Positions 28,163-41,241 of a stretch of 64,000 bases of DNA are shown here, one piece after another. Numbering within the stretch: position 1 is the first letter of the stretch; each line of letters begins with the position of its first letter. This stretch comes from Octopus vulgaris. Its lineage: Eukaryota. The DNA is taken from positions 75,454,001 to 75,518,000 of the forward strand of contig OX597827.1 of NCBI GenBank assembly GCA_951406725.2. The letters run 5' to 3'. Below the pieces are notes generated by a model. The model was not told where the DNA came from. It saw only the letters and a program-made list of their open reading frames with translations, and searched no databases. The position numbers and the translations under genes are program-made.

Positions 28163-28379
28163 ATCCCCTCTACCACAACCACCATCACCACCACCACCAC
28201 TACATTCAACCAAGAAAACCAGACAGACAGACAGACAGACATGTCTGAAATACATACAGTGAAGGCGTTTGTTTAAATCACCTAATTCTACTTCATCTCT
28301 CTTTCTCTCCTCCATCACTGCCCCCCTCCTCCGCCTCTTCCTTCCTTCCTTGACTTGCAAGGACTGGAACATTCGGGGG

Positions 28380-28431
28380 GGGGGGCGGGAGGAGTGAGGA
28401 GGGAGGGAGGTACATGCGTAGCCATGACAAC
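28380..28431. promoter_or_regulatory. GC box plus RFX X-box-like motif
   Basis: GGGGCGGGA at 28382-28390 and GTAGCCATGACAAC at 28418-28431 (X-box consensus approximately GTNRCCATGGYAAC), in a unique island between two TA arrays. Confidence 0.4.
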
Positions 28432-28530
28432 GACTGTTCTGGATAACACACTCTACCATTCCTTCTTCAAACCGGCTGAGAGCAGTAATACAAGTTTACG
28501 CCCTCGCTCGCTCTCTCTCTCCCTCACACC

Positions 28531-29445
<915 letters not shown>

Positions 29446-29759
29446 ACATTACACATATATGAATATATGTACATTGCACTTGGCTGTTTTTATTAATTTG
29501 TGTGTGTGTGTTAAGGTAATTACAACGAATACAGTGAGTGGGTTGGTGCATCTGCATATTTTTTTTCTATTCCTGCAGTCAGTTATTCAGCTTATTTGGT
29601 TCAAATTTGTCCAGTGTACGTTTCCTAATGCACAGAAAGCTAACAATTGCATTTACATCAAGCTACATTCAACTGGTTAGCAATCTTTGCAACTTTATTT
29701 AAGGTCCGTCCATGGATGTTTATTCAAAGTATAAATAAAAAAAAAAGAAAGAAAAATGT

Positions 29760-30150
29760 GCAGAGTGGCTGTGTGGTAAGCAGCTTGCTAACCAACCACA
29801 TGGTTCCGGGTTCAGTCCCACTGCGTGGCATCTTGGGCAAGTGTCTTCTGCTACAGCCCCGGGCCGACCAATGCCTTGTGAGTGGATTTGGTAGACGGAA
29901 ACTGAAAGAAGCCTGTCGTATATATGTATATATATATATATGTGTGTCTGTGTTTGTTCCCCTAGCATTGTTTGACAACCGATGCTGGTGTGTTTATGTC
30001 CCCGTCATTTAGCGGTTCGGCAAAAAGAGACCGATAGAATAAGTACTGGGCTTACAAAGAATAAGTCCCGGGGTCGATTTGATCGACTAAAGGCGGTGCT
30101 CCAGCATGGCCGCAGTCAAATGACTGAAACAAGTAAAAGAGTAAAAGAGA
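29760..30150 (+). mobile_element. SINE family A
   Basis: Family A consensus. Confidence 0.9.
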
Positions 30151-30705
30151 GAAAGAGTAGATATACTAAATTTCTATTCATTGTAATTAGATTAAATGCA
30201 CTTGGTAAACTAATTGTAATCCATCGAAGCAAACTCAGGATTTAGCCATTGGATAAATTACAGTGGGGTCATTAGTCTTAAGTAATCCTAGGTGCTCCTT
30301 ACAAGACAATGCAATCAGGCAGGACCTGGCTGGAGCCTTGAGGTCACTGTTACAACATGTGGCATGTCTTAAGCAATTTTAGGCCGAACAGAGGCTGTCC
30401 TTCTCCTGGCCTGTCCAGAGTCAATTTCTTCTAGAAAAGAAAAAGCCAAAGTAACCGGAAAGAGAAGAATCAACTCCCTTGCAGGACTGGTACTTTATTT
30501 ATTGACCCTGAACTGATGAAAAGTACTGTTGACCTCGGCGAGATCTGAACTCAGAACATAAAGAACTGTAACAATTACCACAAAGTCGACATTGGTGAGA
30601 TTTGAACTCAGAAAATGGAAAACCAGAACAAATATCGCAACGTATTTGTTCAATGCTTCAACAATTCTGCCTGTCAACTGCCCTAATGTATGTATGTATG
30701 TATGT

Positions 30706-30904
30706 ATACTCTTTTACTTGTTTCAGTCATTTGATTGCGGCCATGCTGGAGCACCGCCTTTAATCGAGCAACTCGACCCCGGGACTTTTGTAAGCCCAGT
30801 ACTTATTCTATCGGTCTCTTTTGCCAAACCGCTAAGTAACGGGAACATAAACACACCAGCATCGGTTGTCAAGCAATGCTAGGGGGACAAACACAGACGC
30901 ACAA

Positions 30905-30935
<31 letters not shown>

Positions 30936-31107
30936 CATATATACGACGGGCTTCTTTCAGTTTCCGTCTACCAAATCCACTCACAAGACTTTGGTCGGCC
31001 CGAGGCTATAGTAGAAAACACTTGCCCAAGGTGCAACGCAGTGGGACTGAACCCGGAACCATGTGGTTGGTAAACAAGCTACTTACCACACAGCCACTCC
31101 TGCGCCT
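30706..31107 (-). mobile_element. SINE family A
   Basis: Reverse complement of the family A consensus. Confidence 0.9.
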
Positions 31108-31120
31108 ATATATATGCATG

Positions 31121-31908
31121 TGTAACGATAAAGTTTTTTAGTTGAAGTTGAGGGTCACCAATTGTAGCGGGAGATATTGATTTGAAACAATATGATGAAA
31201 TGTCGGAGTCAGCAGTTGTAATGATAAAAATTTGTTGTTATAATCGCATACTGTAGGATGTAAAAGATGAACAATGCATGAAGTTTTAAGGAAACATTTA
31301 TTTACCGTTACGTTACAATACCTTGCCTCAACGGACAGGTTATGATAAATTCAAAAGCATACGAAAGAAAGTTAGATGCAGTAGAATGTTTCTTTACATA
31401 GTTCGGCATATACGAATAGTTACTAGTAATCCACAGATAGCGATAGAATGATGTTGTAAGAGAACAGAATTAAAGCTTGATGGAATTGTATGGTGTTGTC
31501 TCACAGTTGCTGAGAGTAAACTTCATTTCTCCCTCTGACCAAGGTTCTAGCTGGTCAGCCAGACTTCATCGTCACCAAAGTGACTACTTGGTTGAGTCGT
31601 CACCAACTTGGGGTGTGTTTATTTTTATAAGTATCCAGAAGGATAGATATATCATTGAGAACAATAGATTTAGTTGGTGGTCTTGTTATCTCTATTCTAT
31701 CTTTTGGTTGTTTATATTCTATCTTTTGGTTGTTTTGGTTGTAGAAGAGGTTAGAAAGGGTCAAGTGGTGAAGACATTATTTCGGGCCTAGCTGAAGGCA
31801 TCTGGAAAATGTAAAACTGCTGTCAGAGAAAAACCATTGTTCCACCGTGGGAAAAGTTCTGTTGCCGTGTTAATTTAAATTTGACTGTGGTGGATCGAAT
31901 CCACTACA
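31121..31908 (-). mobile_element. Solo LTR (Gypsy-like, 4-bp TSD)
   Basis: TGTAAC...ACTACA termini, with CATG at 31117-31120 and 31909-31912. TATAAAA (~31625) and AATAAA (~31300) are in the correct order on the - strand. Confidence 0.6.
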
Positions 31909-32194
31909 CATGCATACTTGAATGAATGAATTAATTATTTGATTAATTAATTAATTAACTTGACAGTCATCAATTAGCTTACATAGTATTATTATTACTT
32001 GTTTTTAATTTTAATCTGTACCTCCTCAGTTACCTTATTAACAGCTAAAATAAGCGAAAAGCTGCTGCTCTGAATGTTATGGTCTCATTTGGCTTATCGG
32101 GTCTAGTAAGTAATGTTTGTAACTACTTCAAAATGGCTGTTCCATTTGAATGAACTTTACTGCGATTTTTTAACACCAAGAAGGGATTAACCAG

Positions 32195-32780
32195 CTAGCG
32201 GAGATGTTTTATTAAGTGAGATTCCATTAACTCCCAATCAACAAAACAATCCTTTGAATGATAAAGTGCCTTCAAGAGAGTCAGCAGCCCACCGTCTTTG
32301 TAGCCTTTACTATTGAACCACATTTTAAAAGCAAGATTCTTATCATAGTCTTGGTCCTTAATATCAAGTGCTTCCAGAACTCCCTTCCAATTACCAGAAA
32401 TAGTTACCAAAATCGTTTGCAATAAATTACCATCGAGGGAGATCTTTTTGGCTGCTGTGAAACAATTGTCAATCAATGGGTTTATACCTGGTGAATTTGC
32501 CAAATAAACACTAATGTGTTTTGTTCTATCATTTTTCTGAAGGAACTCTTGAAGCAAGTCATATGTTTTTGTTTTTTCAACTCTGTCATCTTCTTTAATT
32601 TCCCTCCAAATGATATCAATTACTTTTTTCTTGAATTCCTCCCCATGTTTCTTTTCAAATTTAGGATTTATCCCTATGGAAATCAGGTGATCAACTAAAT
32701 TATTCATCTCAACATCATCAAGATCTTTGGTAAGCTTTTCCTTGTTTAGTTCTACTCTGTAAGCATTAAACTCGAATGTT
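32195..32780 (-). CDS. Main (terminal) coding exon of a 200-aa death-fold protein with putative CARD + death domain (CRADD/RAIDD-like architecture)
   Basis: Non-repetitive open frame extending 24 codons upstream of the listed ATG (32707) to a clean acceptor ttcttttgtttcag| at 32781; stop TAG at 32197-32195. The N-terminal part (RVELNKEKLTKDLDDVEMNNLVDHLISIGI) is CARD-like. The C-terminal part (ISGNWKGVLEALDI...AFKMWFNSKG...LLTLLKAL) shows the death-domain W..W pattern. Domain calls are by eye. Confidence 0.75.
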
Positions 32781-33012
32781 CTGAAACAAAAGAAATTTCA
32801 AAGATAATTAAACAGTTTTTACTTAAGTGCATAATCTTAATGTATTTAATGTAGATTAACTTCTACATCCAAATAAACTCCACATAGTAGCACAGCACAC
32901 AAATACAGGATTATAGTATTGTTGCTACAACATAAACACCTTCAACTGTATCCAAACAAACATCATTAAACTGACTGGCAAAGATTTATTTATTCATCAA
33001 CATACTTCAGCC

Positions 33013-33347
33013 TTAGTTAGTTAGTTAGTTAGTTAGTTAATTTTTTGGCTCAAAAAGCAAAAAGCAAGGCCATGTAGGGGGACATGGAGTTATGTACAGG
33101 GTGGTGTTCATGTAAAGAGTTCAGGCCACTTGAGGTCAAGGGAGACTTTGAACCGAGCGGTCGTCGGCATCTTCACCATCTCGTCTGGCAGCTTACTCCA
33201 CGGATCCGTAACCCGAACGGAGAAAGCCCCTCTCCTTCGATTGAGATGAAATCGTCGCAGATAGAGCTTTTCGGAATGACCCCGCAGCCGACGCTCTGGA
33301 GCAGGAGTGAAGAACAGCTCTTTCGAGAGGTTACACTTTCCACTTAC
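33013..33347 (-). mobile_element. CR1 LINE 3' end, same family as 9100-9644
   Basis: SGKCNLSKELFFTPAPERRLRGHSEKLY...WPELFT* is nearly identical to the 9.3-kb copy, with a (CTAA)n tail. Confidence 0.93.
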
Positions 33348-33554
33348 GGACATACCGTTTCTTCTCTGTTTCAAGAGTCAATCACCATCATACCACAACA
33401 ATGAACTTACAGACCATTTCTTCTTCTTATCATTTGTATTGCCATATTGTTTCCTCTCCTATTCACTTACCACTACAATGACTTATTTCAGTCATTTGAC
33501 TACAGCCAAGAAGTTTTAGACAACTGGAGCAAACCCAGTACTTATTATTTTTTT

Positions 33555-33977
33555 TATTTCGCCTTATTGGCACTTGTACCGATGCTAGTAGGGTGCCAAG
33601 AGCACCATCCGAGCATGATCGTTGCCAGAGCACCCAACTGGCTTCCGTGCCAGTGGCAGGTAAAAGGGCACCATTCGAGCGTGACCGTTACCAACGTCGC
33701 CTTACTGGCACCTGTGCTGGTGGCATGTGTAAAAAGATTCGAGCAAGGTCGTTTCCAGTACCGCCTGACTGACCCCCATGCCGGTGGCACGTAAAAAGCA
33801 CCCACTACACTCTCAGAGTGGTTGGCGTTAGGAAGGGCATCCAGCTGTAGAAACTCTGCCAAATCAAGATTGGAGCCTGGTGCAGCCATCTGGTTTGCCA
33901 GCCCTCAGTCAAAATTGTCCAACCCATGATAGCATGGAAAGCAGATGTTAAACGATGATGATGATGATGATGATGAT
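33555..33977 (+). mobile_element. Family C retroposon (internal ggcacgtaaaaagcacc repeats, (GAT)n tail); other copies ~47397-47552(-), 48490-48897(+), 49215-49640(+), 49686-50000(-), 58920-59155(+), 59687-59920(-)
   Basis: Shared 3' gagtggttggcgttaggaagggcatccagc.gtagaaac...ccaacccatgctagcatggaaagc.gacgttaaacgatgatgat. An RTE-type tail is inferred. Confidence 0.8.
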
Positions 33978-34881
33978 TTAAGCTTGATACTTCTATCAGT
34001 TTCTTTTGCTAAGCTACTAAGTTACAGGGATGTAAGCACACTAACATCGGTTGTCAAGTAGTGGTGGGGGACAAACACAGACAGTGTTCTTTCGGTTTTC
34101 ATCAAGCAAAATTACTCATGAGACTTTTGTCAGTCCAAGACTATATTAGAAGACACTTGCCAAGTTGCCCCAGAACTATATTCTTGAGAAGCAAGCTTCT
34201 TACCACACAGCCACTACTGTACCTATGTTCTTTGCACCATTTGGTCAGTTAGAAACGACTGGTTGAAAGAAAAGGAAAAGTTGACTGAAGACCTGATCTG
34301 AATATTTACAACAAAGTGTCATCTAAAAATACATAGGATTAAATAATGTTTAAAATCAGGCAGCATATTTAGCCTGCCATCAATAATCAGAAACAGTCTG
34401 TTTAGAGGCCTGCCACAGATTTTCCGTGTAACAAACCTCCTCTTCAAAAATCTTTATCAAATCAATGCTGCAATAGAAGACACTAACCCAAGGTGCCATG
34501 CAGTGAAATTGAACCTAGAACCAATTAACTGCAAAGTGACCCACACAGCATCCTCTGCACCTAGACTTCCACATTCCATTTTTCCTCATCAACCACCAAA
34601 ACAGTGTCTCACCAACCAGATTCCATCCATGACTCTCCACCCAATTTTTTACTCTCGGACTTCAGTCCTCTTGGGTTCCTTTCTCACAAGCTTTGATCTA
34701 CTGAGGTTGAAGCTGATAATTCACTGCATCAATGTCACCAGTCCAACAGAACATACAGAGGCCATGGGCACTGGCATTTCTCGCACGATTTTCTTGGGTA
34801 AAAAAATTTTTTAAAAAAACATTGCTGGGAAAATTTTTAAATTCATCAGCAAAAAGTTTTGAAACAAAAATAAGACAACTC

Positions 34882-36252
34882 TATGGCAAGAAGCTTGCTT
34901 CCCAACCACATGGTTCTGGGTTCAGTCCCACTGTGTGACACCATGGGCAAGTCTATTTTACTATAGCCCCAGGCTGACCAAAGCCTTATGAGTGGATTTG
35001 GTAGACAGAAACTGAAAGAAGCTCGTCGTGTGTGTGTGCATGTATCTGTATTTGTTCCGCCATCACTGCTTGACAACCGATGTTGGTGTGTTTATGTCCA
35101 CATAACTTAGCAGTTCAGCAAAAGAGACTGATAGAACCTAGTACTAGGCTTAAAAAATAAGTCCTGGTGTCGATTTGTTTGACTAAAATCTTTCGAAGTG
35201 GTGCATAATGGCCACAGTCAAATGACTGAAATAAAAGAATTTACAGAATACATAAAATATCTTATGTATCTATCTATAGCAGTTATTAAGGTTTTAAATG
35301 TATATGATATAATATTTAGTATAGATCACTACCTACAGCTGTGACTGGGGACAGGTAGAAGGCAGTCTCCATATTCCCTGCATGGCGTAAGAGGTGGCTA
35401 AAAGGGGCGGGAGTGAAGGGACTGAGAATCCACTCCTCCTAGAATTTCATATTCCTAAAAAGACAACAAGAAAAAGATAAGGGGGTCAGAGATGGTTAGC
35501 ACCTGATCTCACCCTAGTACTGGGGCAAGAGAGTTTATAAATGATAGGAAAGCTTGGAGAGTGTTAGTGGACGGATGGGTGAATTTGATTGTTGCTCAAA
35601 AGGGCATGGAACCAGCATGATGCGGTGGGGGTAAACCAGCATATGCTGTCAGGCCCCGTTGGGGTTACGTTCTATGCCTTGACCTGAGCATAGGATGAAG
35701 CTCACCTCTTTGAGCTGGGAAATGAATGGAATTCCTGGAGCAGTTAGCCCAGCCTAAGATGTATTTAATGTAGCCACCTATAGCCTTTATTACAGCTTAA
35801 ACTATAATGTCACTTCTTTACTTTTATTTCAATTAATTTTATTTTCATTTATTCTCTTTCTCTCTCTTTTACTTGTTGCAGTCATTTTGACTGCAGCCAT
35901 GCTGGAGCACCGCCTTTAGTCGAGCAAATTGACCCCGGGACTTATTCTTTGTAAGCCCAGTACTTATTCTATCGGTCTCTTTTGCCGAACCGCTAAATGA
36001 TGGGGACGTAAACACACCAGCATCGGTTGTGAAGCAATGCTAGGGGGACAAACACAGACACACATACATATAAATATTTATACATATATACGACAGGCTT
36101 CTTTCAGTTTCCGTCTACCAAATCTACTCACAAGGCATTGGTCGGCCCGGGGCTGTAGCAGAAGAGACTTGCCCAAGATGCCACGCAGTGGGACTGAACC
36201 CGGAACCATGTGGTTGGTAAACAAGCTACTTACCACACAGCCACTCCTGCGC
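34882..36252. mobile_element. Inverted pair of SINE-A copies (34882-35240 +; 35864-36252 -) inside the death-fold gene intron
   Basis: Family A consensus in both orientations. Confidence 0.85.
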
Positions 36253-36419
36253 CATATATTTTATTTCAATTAATTTTATTTCCATTTATTCATATATTTT
36301 ATTTCAATTAATTTTATTTCCATTTATTCATATATTTTATTTCAATTCGATTCATTAAAAATTCATTTTTAAATGTATGGCCATAGTTATGTCCCCTTAT
36401 TCACTGTACAATTCACAGC

Positions 36420-36650
36420 TACACGAGTAAAAGAGATGTCTTAGACCGAAGCAACCGCAGAGGCATCAAACTTCTGGACCAGGTGAAGAAAATTTCAGAG
36501 TTACACCCCAATTAATTAGGAGCACAAGTAGGCGAGATGAAATGCAATTTGACTTCGTACCAGGGAAAAGCAGTACTGATGCTATTTTCATAGTCAGGTA
36601 AGAGAAGCATTTAGCTAAGAATAAACCATTATACTTGGCATTTATTAATC
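36420..36650 (+). mobile_element. RTE reverse transcriptase relic
   Basis: RGIKLLDQV...DEMQFDFVPGKSSTDAIFIVR..EKHLAKNKPLYLAFINL. Homologous to 53150-53345. Confidence 0.8.
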
Positions 36651-36974
36651 TAGTGCCGGGGTCGGCGAACCGAAGAAAATTACCCCAAGAGGGGTAAAAA
36701 TGAAATTCTTGGAGAAGTAATGAGGACCTATTACGCATAAATGAAATTATATAAAAAAAAAACAAAAAAACGTGGACATAACTACAGATTTCTGCCCCCA
36801 CCTCCGATTTGGATGATCATAACTTTCAGAAAAATGGATATTTTTTAACGAAATTTTCCCCACTCGGGGGTGTTTCGGAACAAGTCGTCCACATTTGTTT
36901 CATTTTCTCTGTTTTACGCATTTGTGCATCCGTAGATTTCTTCACGCACACACACACACGTAATTAAAAAAAAG

Positions 36975-37372
36975 GGCAATCTTTCGTCTCTAGTAGACCT
37001 TTCCGTCGATTTCCGTAAAAAAAAAAATTTTTTTTTTTACATATGGGCTTGCGGGAACTTTTGAAGTAATATACATACATATACACATACACCGAGTAAA
37101 AGATTTCAGTTATCTCTTTCTTTCACACACACTAACAGAAGCACTTCACTTACACAACATACTGTCTGTCTCCCACACCCCATCAAACACACACACACAT
37201 GTCCATCAATGCTCCCATGCACGGTAACTTCAAAAGAATTTCCCTCGTCATACAATCGCTTTCTCTTAGTCTCTTTCGCTCTCATTCAAAAGTTCCCGCA
37301 AGCCCATATGTAAAAAAAAGAAATTTTTTTACGGAAATCGACGGAAATGTCTACTAGAGACGAAAGATCGCC
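36975..37372. mobile_element. MITE with ~90-bp TIRs and 8-bp TSD, nested in a larger foldback element (~36770-37875)
   Basis: GGCAATCTTTCGTCTCTAGTAGAC...GTCTACTAGAGACGAAAGATCGCC, with aaaaaaag duplicated at 36967-36974 and 37373-37380. Confidence 0.85.
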
Positions 37373-38023
37373 AAAAAAAGTTCAAACAGGGAATTATTCC
37401 ATTCAGTATCAAGTTTATTATAGAAATTATGTAACAAATTATACTTTACACTACTATATATAACTGTGCGTGTATATTCCTTATTTTTGCTTCTGGTATC
37501 GTCTGCCTTTCTATTATAAACGTTTAGAAAAGGATAAGTCGTCTTAATATCATATTTCTGTGTACCAGACCTTTAGCTGTTATTTTTAGCACAACGAGTT
37601 TTCTGGTGAGGGCTTCATTTACCTTCATTGCCTGTTTGTTGCTTCAGTAGAAATCTACGGATGCACAAACGCACAAAATTGAGTAAATGAAACAAATATG
37701 GACTTGTTCCGAAACAACCCCCAGTGGGGAACAGTTCTCATATATAACCCCCCAATTGTTCTCCCCCAAAATTTCTATGTCCTCGGAATATACATAGTCC
37801 GAGGTATATTTGTAGAGAATTTCATTAAAAAACATGCATTTTCTTGAAAGTTAAGACGAATTGAAGTTGACTCCGGTGAATTTTCTAAATCAATCCAATG
37901 TAATGGACGTGTTAGGTGAGTCGTGTCATTTTGAATTACAAACAATTTGGTTGCTAAGGAGTTATCACATGACTAAACAGATATTATTTATCAGTAGTTT
38001 ATTACCCACTCTCTTACTCTTTT

Positions 38024-38681
38024 CTCTTTTACTTGTTTCAGTCATTTGACTGCGGCCATGCTGGAGCACCGCCTTTAATCGAGCAATTCGACCCCGGGAC
38101 TTAGTAAGCCCAGTACTTATTCTATCGGTCTCTTTTGCCGAACCGCTAGGTGACGGGGACGTAAACACACCAGCATCGGTTGTCAAGCAATGCTAGAGGG
38201 ACAAACACAGACACACAAACACACACACACATATATATATATATGCATATATACGACAGGCTTCTTTCAGTTTCCGTCTACCAAATCCACTCACAAAGCA
38301 TTGGTTGGCTCGGGGCTATAGCAGCCATGCTGGAGCACCGCCTTTAGTCGAGCAAATTGACCCCGGGACTTATTCTTTGTAAGCCCAGTACTTATTCTAT
38401 CGGTCTCTTTTGCCGAACCGCTAAATGATGGGGACGTAAACACACCAGCATTGGTTGTGAAGCAATGCTAGGGGGACAAACACAGACACACATACATATA
38501 AATATTTATACATATATACGACAGGCTTCTTTCAGTTTCCGTCTACCAAATCTACTCACAAGGCATTGGTCGGCCCGGGGCTGTAGCAGAAGACACTTGC
38601 CCAAGATGCCACGCAGTGGGACTGAACCCGGAACCATGTGGTTGGTTAGCAAGCTACTTACCACACAGCCACTCCTGCGCC
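38024..38681 (-). mobile_element. Fused dimer of SINE family A
   Basis: A truncated copy (38024-38320) is joined via gcag microhomology to a second copy (38321-38681). Confidence 0.88.
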
Positions 38682-39073
38682 TTAACTTTTTTCTTTTTTT
38701 GACACGTGTTTTTGCTTTGTTTAAAGTGGATTTAGGTTGTTATTCAATTCAACCCTTTCAGCAAATCGACGGGAGCCCGAAGACTATCCAAATTAGTCTG
38801 GCATCAAAATGCCCCAACGTCATATCTCCAAAACCTGAATTGAAAAAGTTTCTAGAAAAATCCTCATGCTTCATAATGAGGATATTAATGTATTTAATTG
38901 CGTTTGTTTTATACTTTTTATATTTATAATCGTATTCTCGGTACCCGTATTCTCCGTATAAATAGATTCAATAAAACTTTTGAATTCAAGGAATCTATGA
39001 CTTTCTTCCTTTCAAATCAAAGGGGTAACGTCGGTGCAAATATATTTTGGGTTAATTGGTTAAAAAAGTTCCC

Positions 39074-40546
39074 GGGATAACTACAGGTTTCTGCACCCCG
39101 AATTTGGATGATCATAACTTTAAGAAAAACGGATATTTTTTAATGAAATTTTCTACGAATATGTGTTATATCATGGAGATTCCGAATATGCAAAATTTTG
39201 GCGGGAAAGTTTTTTTAGGAGGGTGGGTAGGGAATTTTGGAAAATTCAACGGAGTTCACTTCAATTCGTCTTAACTTTCAAGAAAATGACTATTTTTTAA
39301 TGAAATTCTCTACAAATATACCTCGGACTATATAGATTTCGAGGATATAGGAATTTTAGGAAGAAAACAATTTGGGGTTATTTTTGAGAACCGTTCCCTA
39401 CTCAGGGGTATTTCGGAACAAGTCGTCTATATTTTTGCTTTGTTTAAAGCAGATTTGTTTTATTTTCTCCGTTCTGTGCGTTTGTGCATCCGTAGATTTC
39501 TACACACACACACACACACACACAGATTCATATATTTTATTGAAAAGCAGCAGAAATATCACAAAAACTGTTACTCAGAGTTTCACGTTCCCGTTCGTCG
39601 GACAATTTAAAAAATTCAAACGGGGAATTATTTCATTCAATACAGATTATGGGATCTATTCTATCTCATGCACAAATTTTTAATTATTATCATTTTTTTT
39701 TAAAAACTTAACAATTTGAAACTTCGCATACTGGTAGAAAGTGTTACGTATTGTCAATGGACCCGGAAGTTGTTCGCAAACAGCCGCAGTAATTTTCTTC
39801 AGCTGAATACACGTCATTGATTGGTTAAAATTACCCAAATACGACAAATTTAACATGAAATATCTTTTGAAATACAAAATTTTGTCAAAAACGTTAAGAG
39901 TAAACCTCTTCTACGTGACACATTCTACAAGTATGCGAAGTTTCAAAGTCTTTAGTTAAAAAAATTAATTAATAAATCTGTGCATGTAAACACTTCTATA
40001 TGTATGTGTGTACATTCCTTATTTCTTTTGCCTTTCTCTTTGAAATGATTACCTGGGAATTTACCTAAAGTGAAAAGAACCCGTCTTAATACCATATTTC
40101 TGTGTACCAGACTTTTAGCTGTTATTTTTAGCACAACGATGCCTGTTTGTTGCTCAGTAGAAATCTACGGATGCACAAACGCACAAAACGGAGAAAATGA
40201 AACAAATATGGACTTGTTCCGAAACACCTCCGGATGGGGAACAGTTCTCAAAACTAACCCCCAATTGTTTTCCCTCAAAATCCCTATGTCCTCGGAATCT
40301 ACATAGTCCGAGGTATATTTGTCGAAAATTTCATTAAAAAATATCCATTTTCTTGAAGGTTAAGACGGTGAATTTTCCGAAATTCCCCTCCCAAAACACT
40401 CCCCCACCCCCAAAATTTTGTATATTCGGAATCTACCTGATATAACACATATTTGTAAAAATTTTCATTTAAAAATATCCATTTTTCTGAATTTTCTGAT
40501 CATCCAAAATTGGATGGTGAAGGGTTCAGAAATCTCTAGTGATGCC
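39074..40546. mobile_element. Foldback/Mutator-like non-autonomous element with ~400-bp imperfect inverted arms; paralogous to ~36770-37875
   Basis: Left arm gggataactacaggtttctg...ttggatgatc...tgtgcatccgtagatttc mirrors right arm gaaatctacggatgcaca...gatcatccaa...cagaaatctctagtgatgcc. Contains a further inverted-repeat insert (~39716-39947). Confidence 0.75.
39565..39608 (-). ncRNA. Minimal type-I hammerhead ribozyme motif (U4C core variant)
   Basis: aaattgt-CCGACGA-ACG(GGAA)CGT-GAAAC-TCTGA-GTA-acagttt: 7-bp stem I, 3-bp stem II with GNRA loop, self-complementary stem III (ACTC-T-GAGT), and a GUA cleavage triplet. Confidence 0.65.
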
Positions 40547-40606
40547 TAACTGGTTGATAAGTTCGATTTCAAACAAACAAACAAAAAATGTTTTGACATT
40601 TTTTCG

Positions 40607-41241
40607 ATGGTCCCGGTGCGCGCTCTCGCGTACTCGCGCCAGTTAGCCATGGCTAGTCGACCCTTACTTTGTGTTTTTGTGTTATTTACTTTATGTTTTT
40701 GTGTTTTACTTACTTTACTCTTTTACTTGTTTCAGTCATTTGACGGCGGCCATGCTGGAGCACCGCCTTTAATCGAGCAACTCGACCCCGGGACTTGTTC
40801 TTTTTGTAAGCCCAGTACTTATTCCATCGGTCTCTCTTGCCGAACCGCTAAGTAACGGGAACATAAACACACCAGCATCGGTTGTCAAGCAATGCTAGGG
40901 GGACAAACACAAACACACACACGCATATATATATATATACATATATACGACGGGCTTCTTTTCAGTTTCCGTCTACCAAATCCACTCACAAGGCTTTGGT
41001 CGGCCCGAGGCTATAGTAGAAGACACTTGCCCAAGGTGCCACGCAGTGTGACTGAACCCGGAACCATGTGGTTGGTAAACAAGCTACTTACCACACAGCC
41101 ACTCCTGCGCCTTTGTTTAACAAAAATCATTTACTTTGTGTAAAAAAATTATTTATTTTATGTTTTACTTACTTTGCTACGTAGACGTTGTAGGATCGAC
41201 TAGTCACGAGTAGCTAGCGCGAGTGCGCGCACCGGGACCAC
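40607..41241. mobile_element. GC-rich-TIR MITE with 6-bp TSD, carrying a nested SINE-A (40716-41111, -)
   Basis: TGGTCCCGGTGCGCGCTCTCGCG / CGCGAGTGCGCGCACCGGGACCA, with ttttcg at 40601-40606 and 41242-41247. Confidence 0.8.
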
